Counted from the first letter of the stretch, positions 29,855-40,651 are shown. The stretch: 64,000 bases of DNA from an uncultured archaeon (GCA_964549775.1 CAZJVN010000001.1:21028-85027); one strand, 5' to 3'. The notes: generated by a model from the sequence alone, not told the origin. Made by a program: numbers and translations.

Positions 29855-30364
29855 TCACCAAGGTACTTTTTTCAATTTTAATTTATACGCAATAATGTTA
29901 GTGGCAGAGTGCATAAAAATTGTAATAATTAGTAATGCTAAAATTACTTCAAGTTCGGGAAATCTTACAAATGAACTCAAAATTAGTCCGCCTAAAATGA
30001 AATCCCATTGATCTGCAACAGCCCAATGTGACCCTCTTTCGAGACCAATTCTTCGTTTTAAGAAACTCTTAACTATGTCTCCAAGCATTGCTCCAACTGA
30101 TAAAAAAACTATGAAAGTAAAATATTGATTTATTGATTGAGATAATGGAACTAAAAAATAAATAAGGGTTCCTGCTGAAGCCCCTACTAAAATTCCACTA
30201 AAAGTACCTAAAATTGTTTTCCCATCGCCAAAAATTCTTTGCCCAAACAACTTTTTTCCAAAATCAAGCGGAACGGTTCCGTGCAACATTATGGGCGCAG
30301 CATTAGCAAAATACATTGGAACTGCATAAATTAGAAACATAAAAAACAAATTAATTAAGTCCAA
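29855..30364 (-). CDS. carS: CDP-archaeol synthase CarS
   Basis: PMYFANAAP, PLDFG, FGDGKT, GDIVKSFLKRR, DQWDF, KKVPW. Confidence 0.93.
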   Translation of the reverse strand: MDLINLFFMFLIYAVPMYFANAAPIMLHGTVPLDFGKKLFGQRIFGDGKTILGTFSGILVGASAGTLIYFLVPLSQSINQYFTFIVFLSVGAMLGDIVKSFLKRRIGLERGSHWAVADQWDFILGGLILSSFVRFPELEVILALLIITIFMHSATNIIAYKLKLKKVPW

Positions 30365-30393
30365 AAAAATTCAACCCCTAAAAAATAATCATA

Positions 30394-31089
30394 TTAAATT
30401 ATTAAAAAATAAATTATTATTACAAATACTGCTCCTGATGTTGATCCTAGAAGATTTACTTGCATGTTGTTTAATAACTTTCTTGTTTCAAACACTGCCC
30501 CAAATATAGAATCTACATTTGAACCAACTATCCCTGCAATAAAAATCAGTAAAGCAAATCCAAAATTTTGGTGAGACAAATAGTAAAGTAAAGCAATAAC
30601 AAGTCCCCCAAAAGCAGCTGCGCATTCTCCAAGTAAAGTTATCCCCCCATCTGTCCCTCTTGGAACTTTTTTTAGTGTGGTTATCATAATGGGATCTTTT
30701 TTTGAGTAATACCCAATTTCTGAAGACAAAGTGTCTGCTAAAGCTGCTGAAATTGCTGCAAAAAATGCTAACTCAAAAAGAACCGTACTTTCTGGAAAAA
30801 TTACTATTAAAATAATTGATATTAAAGCTGGTAAAGAATTCCCGACCACATTGAATACATTTCGTTTTTCGTGTTTCTTTTTTGGATAATTACTTGCAAT
30901 TTCTCCAATAATAAAAAATGTTACAACTGTAAAAAAAGCAATTGTGGGATTAGGAGCATAACTTATTGCAGCCAAACCCACTACATTAGCCACTAGCACT
31001 CCTTCAAAATCTAGTAACTTTTTATAATAAGAAAATAAAGAAAATACTATTAAGAAAAAAACAACTAAAAGCAATTCTTCAATATACAT
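30394..31089 (-). CDS. DUF92 (TMEM19/VTE6-like) membrane protein
   Basis: RNVFNVVGN, ADTLSSEIG, ITTLKKVPRGTDGGITLLGE, DSIFGA. Confidence 0.9.
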   Translation of the reverse strand: MYIEELLLVVFFLIVFSLFSYYKKLLDFEGVLVANVVGLAAISYAPNPTIAFFTVVTFFIIGEIASNYPKKKHEKRNVFNVVGNSLPALISIILIVIFPESTVLFELAFFAAISAALADTLSSEIGYYSKKDPIMITTLKKVPRGTDGGITLLGECAAAFGGLVIALLYYLSHQNFGFALLIFIAGIVGSNVDSIFGAVFETRKLLNNMQVNLLGSTSGAVFVIIIYFLII

Positions 31090-31257
31090 ATCAACTAACT
31101 TAATTAGTTAAAACTAATTTATATAACTTATACTATACAAAAAATTAGTGAAAAAAATAGTTTTCGTAGTGAAAAAATTTTAAAAAATCTGTTAAAAGAA
31201 ATAGATTTAGAGAAATTAATTTAATTAATTAAATCTAATTAACTTAATTTAACTAAA

Positions 31258-31872
31258 TTAATTTTTTTTCTCAGTAAATATTCCTTTTGCTGGAATAACT
31301 TTTTTAACTAAGAACACTTTTCCAGTTTTTTTTGCTAATTCACTTAATAAGTTTCCTAAAAGCAATTCTTTTGATACTTCTTCAAAGTCTTTTCCGGCTA
31401 AAGTAAATAATTCTTTTTGCATTATTTCTCTTATACCTGCTTCTTGTCTTCTTGTAGCTTTTTTGTCAGTTATTGCTACAATAGTGAATCTTGCTTCCCC
31501 ATTAGCTACAGGAATTTTTTCAATTAATGTAACTTTACTGTTTCTTCTTCTAATTGATCTTCCTAAAGATCCTTTATTCATTTCGAATTTTGATAATTTT
31601 GTAGAAACATTTTGTCCTTGTATGTCTGATACTTTTAAGTAAATATACCAATCTCTTTTCATTCTGTTTCCAGTTAATGTGTCAAGAGTTGTTCTTATTG
31701 TTCTATTAGCTAAATTTTTTGGTTTTTCTGCTGGTGTTTCTGCAATTGGTTTTCTGTCAAATAAAGGAGATGCGTTAATTGTGAACCATTTTTTCTTTTT
31801 CCATTTATCCACTACTCTTCTTGATCCTTTTCCTGCAGCCGCTGCTTGTGGTTTTACTTGTTGTTCTGCCAT
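31258..31872 (-). CDS. rps3ae: 30S ribosomal protein S3Ae (eS1)
   Basis: VDKWKKKKWF, ETPAE, RSIRRRNSKV. Confidence 0.9.
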   Translation of the reverse strand: MAEQQVKPQAAAAGKGSRRVVDKWKKKKWFTINASPLFDRKPIAETPAEKPKNLANRTIRTTLDTLTGNRMKRDWYIYLKVSDIQGQNVSTKLSKFEMNKGSLGRSIRRRNSKVTLIEKIPVANGEARFTIVAITDKKATRRQEAGIREIMQKELFTLAGKDFEEVSKELLLGNLLSELAKKTGKVFLVKKVIPAKGIFTEKKN

Positions 31873-31885
31873 AAAATCATCCCAT

Positions 31886-32005
31886 TTATTTTAAAAATTC
31901 ATTAATTCTTTTTAATCCTTCAATTCCTTTTTCTTCTAAAATAATTTCTTCCCCTTTTTCACTCTTCTTTTTCAATTTTGCTTTTATTATAAGTCTTTCA
32001 ACCAT
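31886..32005 (-). CDS. 39-aa ORF at the syntenic position of KEOPS subunit Pcc1
   Basis: MVERLIIKAKLKKKSEKGEEIILEEKGIEGLKRINEFLK fills the gap 5 nt after the S15 stop. Confidence 0.5.
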   Translation of the reverse strand: MVERLIIKAKLKKKSEKGEEIILEEKGIEGLKRINEFLK

Positions 32006-32010
32006 AAAAA

Positions 32011-32436
32011 TTATTTAACAAGTAATGCTGCTTGTTCTGCAGAGTATTTCCAATCAAGTGGAAGTTTTCCTTTTTTAGAATAATATTTACCTAATTTTCT
32101 TATTTTTGAAACAGTTATCTCATATCCTCTTTTAGCAGAGAAGTCTTTTTTGTTTTTAGTTAAGTGTTTTTCTAGTATTACACTTCTTCTAATTAAATTT
32201 ATTAAATCTTCAGGCATTTCTCCTAAAAGCTTGTTTTCTTGTAAAACTCCTTGGATACTTTTACCGTTTGATAATTCAAAAAAATCTTTTACTCCATACT
32301 CATCTCTTAAAATTAGTCCAATTTTACTTGGAGAGTGCCCAGCGTTTGCTAGTGATAAGATTACTTCTTCAGCTTCTTCTAAAGGAATTTGTTTAGTAAC
32401 TTCTTTCCCTTTTTTTGATTCTTTCTTTTTAGCCAT
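32011..32436 (-). CDS. rps15: 30S ribosomal protein S15 (uS15)
   Basis: SPSKIGLILRDEYGV, PEDL, SKIRKLGKYY, LP.DWKY. Confidence 0.95.
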   Translation of the reverse strand: MAKKKESKKGKEVTKQIPLEEAEEVILSLANAGHSPSKIGLILRDEYGVKDFFELSNGKSIQGVLQENKLLGEMPEDLINLIRRSVILEKHLTKNKKDFSAKRGYEITVSKIRKLGKYYSKKGKLPLDWKYSAEQAALLVK

Positions 32437-32612
32437 TTCAATCACTTTAACCTTTCCATCCTTTTGGCATGGAAAAGAACAACAAAATTATGACATAATT
32501 CTCATAGCTAAGGTTTAAAAAGCTTGAGTCAAAGTTTTAAAAAATAACTAAAAAACGAAACTAAATTGAATTTGATAAAAAAAATCCACCCAAATCAAAA
32601 AAAGTTGAAAAA

Positions 32613-33236
32613 TCAATGATATCTTGCTCGTTTTTCTATTTTTTCCATTTGTTTTAGTAAATCAACATCAGGAGAATAACCTTTCATTACTAACGCCCAC
32701 CCCTTTTTTATCCCAGAATGGGTAGCGTTAAAGGTTTTTTTAAATACAATTAAATCAGTAGCTTTGTCTTCTAATTTTTTTGAAAAATAACCTAAACCAA
32801 AATCAATAAAAAAAATCTTTTCTTTATTTTTAGACCCTTTTTTTTCTAAAAAATATAATAAATTTGATGTAGTTAAATCTCCATGAATTACACCTAAGTT
32901 ATGCATTTTTTTTATTTCTTGACCCATAACTAAACACAAGTCTTTATTTTTTTCAATAACTTCTTTCACTGGAACACCTTCTACAAATTCCATTATTATT
33001 TCTGAAGAGTTTTCATTTACAAAAAATATTTGAGGAACATTAATTACTTTTGACGCTTCTTTTATTAATTTTGTTTCAGCACGAGTTCTTTTTTTTCTAA
33101 TAGACAGATCAAGAGAGAAATTTCTATAATTTTTTTGCGTTCTTTTTTTGTTAAGTGCTTTTTTTTGCTCAAAAATTGTTTCTATTAATTCAGCTTCTGC
33201 CCCTTTTTTATAAAATTTTTCCAAAATCATCACCAT
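32613..33236 (-). CDS. bud32: KEOPS complex kinase/ATPase Bud32
   Basis: KGAEA, HGDLTTSN, IDFGL, EDKATDL, C-terminal RARY. Confidence 0.93.
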   Translation of the reverse strand: MVMILEKFYKKGAEAELIETIFEQKKALNKKRTQKNYRNFSLDLSIRKKRTRAETKLIKEASKVINVPQIFFVNENSSEIIMEFVEGVPVKEVIEKNKDLCLVMGQEIKKMHNLGVIHGDLTTSNLLYFLEKKGSKNKEKIFFIDFGLGYFSKKLEDKATDLIVFKKTFNATHSGIKKGWALVMKGYSPDVDLLKQMEKIEKRARYH

Positions 33237-33340
33237 TAATTTACAATTTTTTATAAAATAATTAACAATTAAAATTTAATTAATGACAAAACTTGTTTAA
33301 CAAAAAATTACTTAATAAAATATTTAATTAAAAAAAGTAA

Positions 33341-33835
33341 TTAATTTAAATTTGAACAAGCTTGTTTTAGTTCTGTTTTTATTTGCTGAGCTACAGTCAA
33401 GTATTCTTCAATCATTTCTTTTTGTCCAACTCTTAATAATTCTTGTTCGTTTTTACTTAATGAATTAATTTTTTCAATTGCTTTAATTGCTGCACTCTCT
33501 GACAATTTTGCTGCTTGGTAAGATTTTATCAAGTAAGGCGATTTGCAGTTTTCTGAAATTATTTGAATATTTGACGCTTGTTTCATGGACATTAAAACAT
33601 AATAAAATGATTGAGCTGAATATAGTTCAGCATTAGCTAAATTAGAATTCATATTTTCAAGAACTAAATCATTAATGTAAGCTAACATTATTTCATCATT
33701 TTGAGAAAATGCTGTTTGCATTGAATATTTTTCTTTTAAATGATTAATTCTTGCCGAGTCATTTGTGCCAGTTTCAATACACCCAAAAGTTAGCAAAATC
33801 AACAATATTGTTATTATTGCAACTGTTTTTTTCAT
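33341..33835 (-). CDS. Putative lipoprotein
   Basis: MKK, hydrophobic stretch and lipobox-like TFGC. Confidence 0.7.
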   Translation of the reverse strand: MKKTVAIITILLILLTFGCIETGTNDSARINHLKEKYSMQTAFSQNDEIMLAYINDLVLENMNSNLANAELYSAQSFYYVLMSMKQASNIQIISENCKSPYLIKSYQAAKLSESAAIKAIEKINSLSKNEQELLRVGQKEMIEEYLTVAQQIKTELKQACSNLN

Positions 33836-33895
33836 AATAATATAAGGATTAGTTAGTATTAAATTCTTTCTTAGCTTTAAAAAATGCGATAATTT

Positions 33896-35026
33896 TTATT
33901 CACCAAATATCTTTTCAAAAAGCCCTTTTCTTTTTTTTGAAGAATTTTCTTCGTTTTTTAATTGCTCCAGTATTTCTTTTTGTTTTTTTGATAATTTTGA
34001 AGGAGTTTCGATTATTACTTTTATATATTCATCCCCAATTTCGCTAGACTCTAATTTTTTTATTCCTTTTCCTTTCATTTTGAATATTGTTCCTGTTTGA
34101 GTTCCCGCAGGTATTTTTAAATCAGCTTTTCCTTTTAGTGTTGGTACTTCCACAGTTGCTCCAAGTGCTGCTTCTGAAAAACTTATTGGAATTTCTGCGT
34201 AAATATCTTCATCGTCTCTTTTGAATATTTCATGTTTTTCTACTAGAATTACTAAAAATAAATCTCCTGAACCGTGTTTTCCTTCATTTCCTTTTCCTTG
34301 TAATCTTAAATGATTTCCTGAATTTATTCCAGCTGGAATTTTTATACTTAATTTTTCTGCCTTCTCTTTTAATCCAATCCCTGCACATTTTGTACATTGT
34401 TTTTCTGCAACTTTTCCTCTCCCTTTACATTTGTGGCAAGTAGTTTGCATTTGGAATATTCCAAATGGGGTTCTTTGTTGTTTTATTTCGACTCCTCGAC
34501 CGTTACAAACTGTGCAATTTTTTAATTCTCCTTCAGAACCACTCCCTCCACAATTTTCACATTTAACAAATCTATCATAATTTATTTCTTTATTTACCCC
34601 AAAAGCAGCTTCTTCAAATTTAAGTGTTAAAGTTATTTTTATGTTTGAACCCAAATCTTTTTTTTCTCTTCTTTGTCCACGTGAGGAACCAAATATATCA
34701 TTTATGTCATCAAAACCAAATCCGCTAAATCCTGAAAAATTATTAAAAAGATCTTCAAAATCAAAATCGGTTCCGTGCCCAAATCCTTGCTGTTTGTATC
34801 CTGAAAAGTTTTTGTATGCTTCCCCGTAGTTGTCATAATTTTGTTTTTTTTCAGGATCTGATAAAACGGAGTAGGCTTCATTTATTTCTTTAAACTTTTT
34901 TTCAGATTCTGCTTCTTTTGAAACATCAGGGTGGTATTTTTTTGCGAGTTCTTTGTATGCTTTTTTTATTTCATCAATAGAGGCATTTTTTTTTACTCCT
35001 AAAATGTCGTAATAATTTTCAGGCAC
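33896..35026 (-). CDS. dnaJ: Chaperone DnaJ
   Basis: HPD J-domain, G/F region, four CxxCxGxG repeats; GTG start assumed. Confidence 0.97.
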   Translation of the reverse strand: MPENYYDILGVKKNASIDEIKKAYKELAKKYHPDVSKEAESEKKFKEINEAYSVLSDPEKKQNYDNYGEAYKNFSGYKQQGFGHGTDFDFEDLFNNFSGFSGFGFDDINDIFGSSRGQRREKKDLGSNIKITLTLKFEEAAFGVNKEINYDRFVKCENCGGSGSEGELKNCTVCNGRGVEIKQQRTPFGIFQMQTTCHKCKGRGKVAEKQCTKCAGIGLKEKAEKLSIKIPAGINSGNHLRLQGKGNEGKHGSGDLFLVILVEKHEIFKRDDEDIYAEIPISFSEAALGATVEVPTLKGKADLKIPAGTQTGTIFKMKGKGIKKLESSEIGDEYIKVIIETPSKLSKKQKEILEQLKNEENSSKKRKGLFEKIFGE

Positions 35027-35238
35027 AAAAATCAACTCTTTTTTCCCAAGGCTTTTTAATTAGTTAAATTATATTCAAAAGGTTTAAGAAGTTGGTTTAT
35101 ACTAGCTAATAAAATTAGCTAGCAAACCAATTTCCTTTTTGTTGATTATTGTTTTGAATATTATTTTTTTCTTTTATTGACTCATTATCTTTTTCTTTTA
35201 CTTTTTTGTCTTCTTTTTGAATTTCACTTTGAGGTGAT

Positions 35239-37101
35239 TCACTTTTTATCTGATTTTTCTTCGAAATCTGCGTCAACAACTTTTTCATCCCCTTCACTTC
35301 CTTTTGATTCTTGACCCTTGTTGTTTTCTTGTGGATTTTGTCCTTGTTGCGCTTTTTGATAAACTTCTGTTCCTACTTCTTGCAGTATTTTGTTTAGTTC
35401 TTCCATTTTTGTTTTTATTTTTGAACTTTCTTTTTTGTCTTTTGCTAATTCGTCTTTTAGTTCTTTTAATGTTTCATTTATTTTATTTTTATGCGCTTCA
35501 GAAATTTTGTCTTTTAGTTCTTCTAACATTTTTTCTGTACTATATACTGTTGCATCAGCATTGTTGAAGAGTTCTATTTCTTCTTTTACTTTTTTGTCTT
35601 CTTCTGCGTGAACTTCTGCTTCTTTTTTCATTTTTTCTATTTCTGCGTCGTTTAGTTTTTGTGAGGCAACAATTTTGATACTTGTTTCTTTTCCAGTACC
35701 AGTATCCTTTGCTGTTACATGCACTATTCCATTTGCATCAATATCAAATGATACTTCAATTTGAGGCATTCCTCTTGGCGCAGGTAAAATTCCCGTTAAT
35801 TGGAATCTTCCTAGTGATTTATTGTCTTTTGCAAGAGGTCTTTCTCCTTGGATAATGTTGATATCAACTGTTGATTGATTGTCTGCTGCTGTTGAGAACA
35901 CTTGACTCTTTTTTGTTGGGATTGTGGTGTTTCTATCAATTATTTTTGTTGATACTCCTCCAAGTGTTTCTATTCCTAAACTTAGTGGAGTTACATCAAG
36001 TAACAGTACATCTTTTACTTCTCCTGCTAATACTCCTGCTTGAACTGCTGCACCAATTGCAACACATTCCATTGGATCTATCCCTCTTTCAGGTTCGATT
36101 CCAGTTATTTTTTTTACAAAGTTTTGTACTATTGGCATTCTTGTTGGCCCTCCAACTAAAATTACCTTATTTATTTCTGCCGCAGTTAATTTTGCGTCTG
36201 CTAGAGCTTGTGTTATTGGTTTTTCACATCGAGTAATTATTGGTTTTATTAATTCTTCAAGTTTTGCTCTGTTAATTTTTATTGATAAGTGTTTTGGGCC
36301 TGTTGAATCTGCTGTAATGTAAGGCAAATTTATATCTGTTTCAAGAACTGTAGATAATTCTATTTTTGCTTTTTCTGCAGCTTCTCTTACTCTTTGTAAA
36401 GCCATGGAATCTTTTTTCAAATCTAGTCCTTGTTCTTTTTTGAATTCTTCACACAAGTAGTCTAAAATGATTTCATCCATATCTGTTCCACCAAGTTCAG
36501 TGTCTCCTGAAGTTGATTTTACTTCAAATACTCCTGAACCTAGTTCCATTATGGTTACATCAAGTGTTCCTCCACCTAAATCAAATACTAAAATTTTTGA
36601 GTCTTTGTTTTGTTTGTCAAGCCCATATGCTAGTGAAGCTGCTGTTGGTTCATTAATTATTCTTATTACTTCAAGACCTGCTATGGCTCCTGCGTCTTTT
36701 GTTGCTTGTCTTTGGTTATCATCAAAGTATGCTGGAACAGTAATTACTGCTTTTTCTACTTTGTCTCCCAAAAAGCTTTCTGCGTCTCTTTTTATTTTTT
36801 GTAAAATGAATGCTGATATTTGTTGTGGTGTGTATTCTTTTGCATCAATTTTGTATTTGTGACTTGTCCCCATTTTTCTTTTTGCTCTTGTAATTGTTCG
36901 ATCAGGATTTGTTACTGCTTGTCTTCTTGCTGGTTCTCCAACTAAAACTTTTCCATCTTTTGAGAATGCAACGTAACTTGGAAACGCTTTTCCATAAACT
37001 GTGTTTCCTTCTGCTGAGGGAATAATTTTTCCTTTTCCTCCTTCAAGCACTGCTGCTGCACTATTACTTGTTCCTAAATCTATTCCAATTATTTTACTCA
37101 T
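35239..37101 (-). CDS. dnaK: Chaperone DnaK (Hsp70)
   Basis: [34 protein letters not shown]. Confidence 0.98.
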   Translation of the reverse strand: MSKIIGIDLGTSNSAAAVLEGGKGKIIPSAEGNTVYGKAFPSYVAFSKDGKVLVGEPARRQAVTNPDRTITRAKRKMGTSHKYKIDAKEYTPQQISAFILQKIKRDAESFLGDKVEKAVITVPAYFDDNQRQATKDAGAIAGLEVIRIINEPTAASLAYGLDKQNKDSKILVFDLGGGTLDVTIMELGSGVFEVKSTSGDTELGGTDMDEIILDYLCEEFKKEQGLDLKKDSMALQRVREAAEKAKIELSTVLETDINLPYITADSTGPKHLSIKINRAKLEELIKPIITRCEKPITQALADAKLTAAEINKVILVGGPTRMPIVQNFVKKITGIEPERGIDPMECVAIGAAVQAGVLAGEVKDVLLLDVTPLSLGIETLGGVSTKIIDRNTTIPTKKSQVFSTAADNQSTVDINIIQGERPLAKDNKSLGRFQLTGILPAPRGMPQIEVSFDIDANGIVHVTAKDTGTGKETSIKIVASQKLNDAEIEKMKKEAEVHAEEDKKVKEEIELFNNADATVYSTEKMLEELKDKISEAHKNKINETLKELKDELAKDKKESSKIKTKMEELNKILQEVGTEVYQKAQQGQNPQENNKGQESKGSEGDEKVVDADFEEKSDKK

Positions 37102-37187
37102 ACAAATCACCACTCCATTTTTTAAAAAATAACTTTTTTAAAAATAAATAACTCCTAATTTCTTGATAAACCCATTAATCTTTTTTT

Positions 37188-37724
37188 TCACAAACAAATT
37201 TTTTTTCCACTTGAAATACTTACTTTTGTTGGTCTTAGTACTTTTTTATTTAAAAAATATCCATTCAATAATACTTTCACTACTTTATCTTCTCCAAATT
37301 CTGAATCTTCTTTCATCAAACAATCCATTGTTTCATGATCAAAGTTTTTTCCTTCACTTACTTGTATTTTTTCTAACCCGTTTTTTTTCAAAATTGCATA
37401 TAATTGTTCATAAATTAAAACAAATTCTTTATTGTGTTTTACCCCTTGTTCAAGTGTGTCAAGAACTGGAAGTAATTGCTCAATTAAGGAAGCATTTGCA
37501 AATTCCTTAAATTCCAAATTATTTTTGTGTGTTCTTTTTTGATAATTTTCAAACTCTGCTTGAAGTCTTTGCAATGTTTCTGTTAATTCTTTGATTTTTA
37601 TTTGATCCTTATTTGATTCTTGATTATTGTTTTTATCTTGAGTATTATTTACTTCTTGATTTTTACTTATTTCTTTCTCTATTTCTTTTGACTCATTTTT
37701 TGCATTTAATTCAACTTCAACCAT
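37188..37724 (-). CDS. grpE: Nucleotide exchange factor GrpE
   Basis: LQRLQAEFENYQKR, LLPVLD, GY..KKVLRPTKV. Confidence 0.95.
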   Translation of the reverse strand: MVEVELNAKNESKEIEKEISKNQEVNNTQDKNNNQESNKDQIKIKELTETLQRLQAEFENYQKRTHKNNLEFKEFANASLIEQLLPVLDTLEQGVKHNKEFVLIYEQLYAILKKNGLEKIQVSEGKNFDHETMDCLMKEDSEFGEDKVVKVLLNGYFLNKKVLRPTKVSISSGKKICL

Positions 37725-37777
37725 AAAAAAACACTAATCAATATATGGTGCCGAAATATTTAATAATCTTTCCCAAG

Positions 37778-37816
37778 TGTCTAAATAGTTTGAACAATAA
37801 TGCTACTGTTTAGACA
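37778..37816. promoter_or_regulatory. Inverted repeat, candidate operator
   Basis: TGTCTAAATAGT-N15-ACTGTTTAGACA (11 of 12 complementary) between divergent grpE and regulator. Confidence 0.6.
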
Positions 37817-37892
37817 ATCTTTTTAAATTGATTGGTGTTTAATATTAATACAAGTCAAAATCAAATGAAAATATACATTAACCGGTGTTTTT

Positions 37893-38402
37893 ATGAAAAA
37901 ATCAACAATTAATTTTTCAAATACTCAAGATGCACCAAATGCGCTTCCAATTTTAAAAAGCCCACTTAAACAAGAAACCCCTAAACGAAGTAAGTTTAGA
38001 TTAACTATTAGAAAAGTCGATCTTTCCACTAATCAAGATTTTGATAATAAAATTGCTTGGATTTGTTCCTCACTTGGTTTTTTTGAAATGATTGATAAAA
38101 ACAAAAATGCCGCCGCAATATTTAAAGAAATATTTTTAGCAACCTCTATTGGACAAGTGCTAACTAGCACTACAATTGCTCAAAGAATTGGAATGAGTCG
38201 AGGGAGTACAATTAATCATTTAAATAATCTAACAAGAGCTGGATTAATTGAAAAAAACGGAAAATATTATTATGCAAGAAGTAAAACCATGGTTGGAACA
38301 ATTAATGAAATCGAAGATGATTTAGCACACATTTTTTCCAGAATAAAAAAAGTTGCTGAAAATATTGATGCTGAAACAGGAAGTATAATTAGAATGAAAT
38401 AA
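37893..38402 (+). CDS. Winged helix-turn-helix transcriptional regulator (ArsR-like)
   Basis: LTSTTIAQRIGMSRGSTINHLNNLTRAGLIEK HTH. Confidence 0.85.
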   Translation: MKKSTINFSNTQDAPNALPILKSPLKQETPKRSKFRLTIRKVDLSTNQDFDNKIAWICSSLGFFEMIDKNKNAAAIFKEIFLATSIGQVLTSTTIAQRIGMSRGSTINHLNNLTRAGLIEKNGKYYYARSKTMVGTINEIEDDLAHIFSRIKKVAENIDAETGSIIRMK

Positions 38403-38523
38403 AATGTATACTAAAAAAATTAATTCAATATTAAAAAATAAGTTGAGATTAAAAGAGTGAATTTTTTTAGGATTTTTTCTAAACAAATGATTTTTAAATT
38501 CTAAAATCCTTGTTTTTGTTGTT

Positions 38524-40569
38524 ATGAGTAATAAGTTAGATAAGTTATTTTCTCCAACAAGTGTAGCTATTGTTGGTGCATCAAACACTCCTGGGAAAGT
38601 GGGTTATTCAATTTTAAAAAACCTTATTGAAGCAGAATTTATTGGAGAAATTTACCCAGTAAATATTAATGATAAAATGGTCCAAGGAATTAAATCATTC
38701 TCTAGTTTAGTAGAAATTAAAAAAAATATTGATTTAACAATTATTTGTGTTCCTGCGCCAGTAGTTATTAAAGTAATGCAAGATTGTGTTAAAGCAAATG
38801 CTAAAAATGTAGTAATTATTACTTCAGGTTTTGCTGAAACTGGAGCGGAAGGAAAAAAATTGCAAGAGGAATTAGAAAAAATTGTTATTGAAAACAAAAT
38901 TAATGTTGTTGGACCAAACACTCTCGGAGTAGTTAATACTGAAAATGGACTTAATGCTTCCTTTGCCTCAACTTTCCCTAGACAAGGAGATATTGCTTTA
39001 GTTTCTCAATCAGGAGCCTTATGTACTGCAGTTCTTGATTGGGCAAGACAAGAAAAAATTGGTTTTAGCAAATTCATTAGTACGGGTAATAAAGCTTTTT
39101 TGTCAGAATGTGATTACTTTAATTATTTACAACATGACCCAAAAACAAAAGCAGTTTTTGTTTATATGGAATCAGTAAAAAATTATAAAAAGTTTTTGAA
39201 AGAAGCTAGTGAACTTGCGAAAAAGAAACCAGTCATTTTATTAAAATCTGGAAGAAGTCTTGAAGGGCAAAAAGCCGCATCTTCTCACACTGGTGCTTTA
39301 AGTGTGGATGATGAAATTTTTTCTATTGCTTGTAAAAAAACAAATATTATTAGAGTAAACTCAATTGAAGGTTTTTTTGATTTAGCAAAAATGGTTTCTA
39401 AAATAAAAAAAATTAAAGGATTCAAACTTGCAGTAGTTACTAACGCTGGAGGACCAGGAGTGATAGTAGCTGATAGTGCTGCTGCTCATAAATTTCCTCT
39501 ACCTGAATTTAGTCCAAAAACAATTCAAGCAGTAAAAGAAATTAATCCTCATTCTTCTAATCCGTTAGACTTAATTGGGGATGCAAAGCCAATTGATTAT
39601 AGAACAGCGTTAAAAGTTCTTCAAGAGGATTCAAACATTGATTTAATTTATTGTTTACTTACTCCTCAAAGTATGACTAACCCTGAAAGAGTAGCTGATG
39701 TAGTAATTTCTTTAAACAAAAAGAAACCAATAATTTGTTCGTTTATTGGAGGAACTTCTGTTTCACATCCTAGAAGATTTTTAAAAGAAAACGGGGTCCT
39801 TGAATTTGAAACTCCTGAACGAGGAATAAAAACACTTGCAAGAATGAAAGAATACTACCAAAAAAGAGAGATAAAAAAAATATTTGAACAAAAAATTGTT
39901 GTTAATAAAGATGTTAAAAAATCATTAACTGGAAAAAATAAATTAAATTTAAAAGAATCTTTTGATTTATTAAAAAAATACAATATCCCTACTTGTCAAA
40001 CAATATTTGTTTATTCAATAAGGGATATTGAAGAAAAAATTAGTTTAATCAAATTCCCAGTTGCACTAAAAACTGCTTCTGGGCTTGCTCACAAAACAGA
40101 TTTTGGCCTTGTAAAAGCAAATATTCAATCAAAAGAAGAGTTATTTATTGAAGCTGACAAAATGTTTACTATTTCAAAAGAACAAAACGTGGAAACTTGT
40201 TTAGCTGTTCAAGAAATGATTAAAGGGGAAGAATTGTTAGTGTCTTCAATTAGTAATGAGTTTGGAAAAATTATTACCTTTGGTTTAGGTGGAATATTTG
40301 TTGAAGTAATGAAAGACATTTCTCAAAAAATTGCTCCAATAAATGAATCAGATATTGAGGAAATGTTAACTGAAGTTAAGGGGGCAAAGATTTTACAAGG
40401 AATTAGAACAAAAAAGAAATATGACATTAATTCTTTAAAAAAATTGATTAAATCTTTATCAGATTTAGCTTTAACTTACCCTGAAATTAATGAGATTGAA
40501 TTTAACCCCATAATTATAACTGAAAACGGAGCATTTGTAGTAGATGCAGTAATTACAATTAAAAAATAA
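38524..40569 (+). CDS. acd: ADP-forming acetate-CoA ligase, fused alpha/beta
   Basis: IVGAS, GPNTLG, SQSGA, SHTGAL, HKTD, EIEFNP. Confidence 0.93.
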   Translation: MSNKLDKLFSPTSVAIVGASNTPGKVGYSILKNLIEAEFIGEIYPVNINDKMVQGIKSFSSLVEIKKNIDLTIICVPAPVVIKVMQDCVKANAKNVVIITSGFAETGAEGKKLQEELEKIVIENKINVVGPNTLGVVNTENGLNASFASTFPRQGDIALVSQSGALCTAVLDWARQEKIGFSKFISTGNKAFLSECDYFNYLQHDPKTKAVFVYMESVKNYKKFLKEASELAKKKPVILLKSGRSLEGQKAASSHTGALSVDDEIFSIACKKTNIIRVNSIEGFFDLAKMVSKIKKIKGFKLAVVTNAGGPGVIVADSAAAHKFPLPEFSPKTIQAVKEINPHSSNPLDLIGDAKPIDYRTALKVLQEDSNIDLIYCLLTPQSMTNPERVADVVISLNKKKPIICSFIGGTSVSHPRRFLKENGVLEFETPERGIKTLARMKEYYQKREIKKIFEQKIVVNKDVKKSLTGKNKLNLKESFDLLKKYNIPTCQTIFVYSIRDIEEKISLIKFPVALKTASGLAHKTDFGLVKANIQSKEELFIEADKMFTISKEQNVETCLAVQEMIKGEELLVSSISNEFGKIITFGLGGIFVEVMKDISQKIAPINESDIEEMLTEVKGAKILQGIRTKKKYDINSLKKLIKSLSDLALTYPEINEIEFNPIIITENGAFVVDAVITIKK

Positions 40570-40651
40570 AAAATTAAAATAATTAGCTAATCACTATTTA
40601 TTTTTTCTCAAAAACATCAATCATAATAATACTTCTATTAAATAATTAATT

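Noticed and set aside
31140..31257. TTAATTAA-rich low-complexity palindromes
   Set aside because: Expected by chance in extremely AT-rich intergenic DNA
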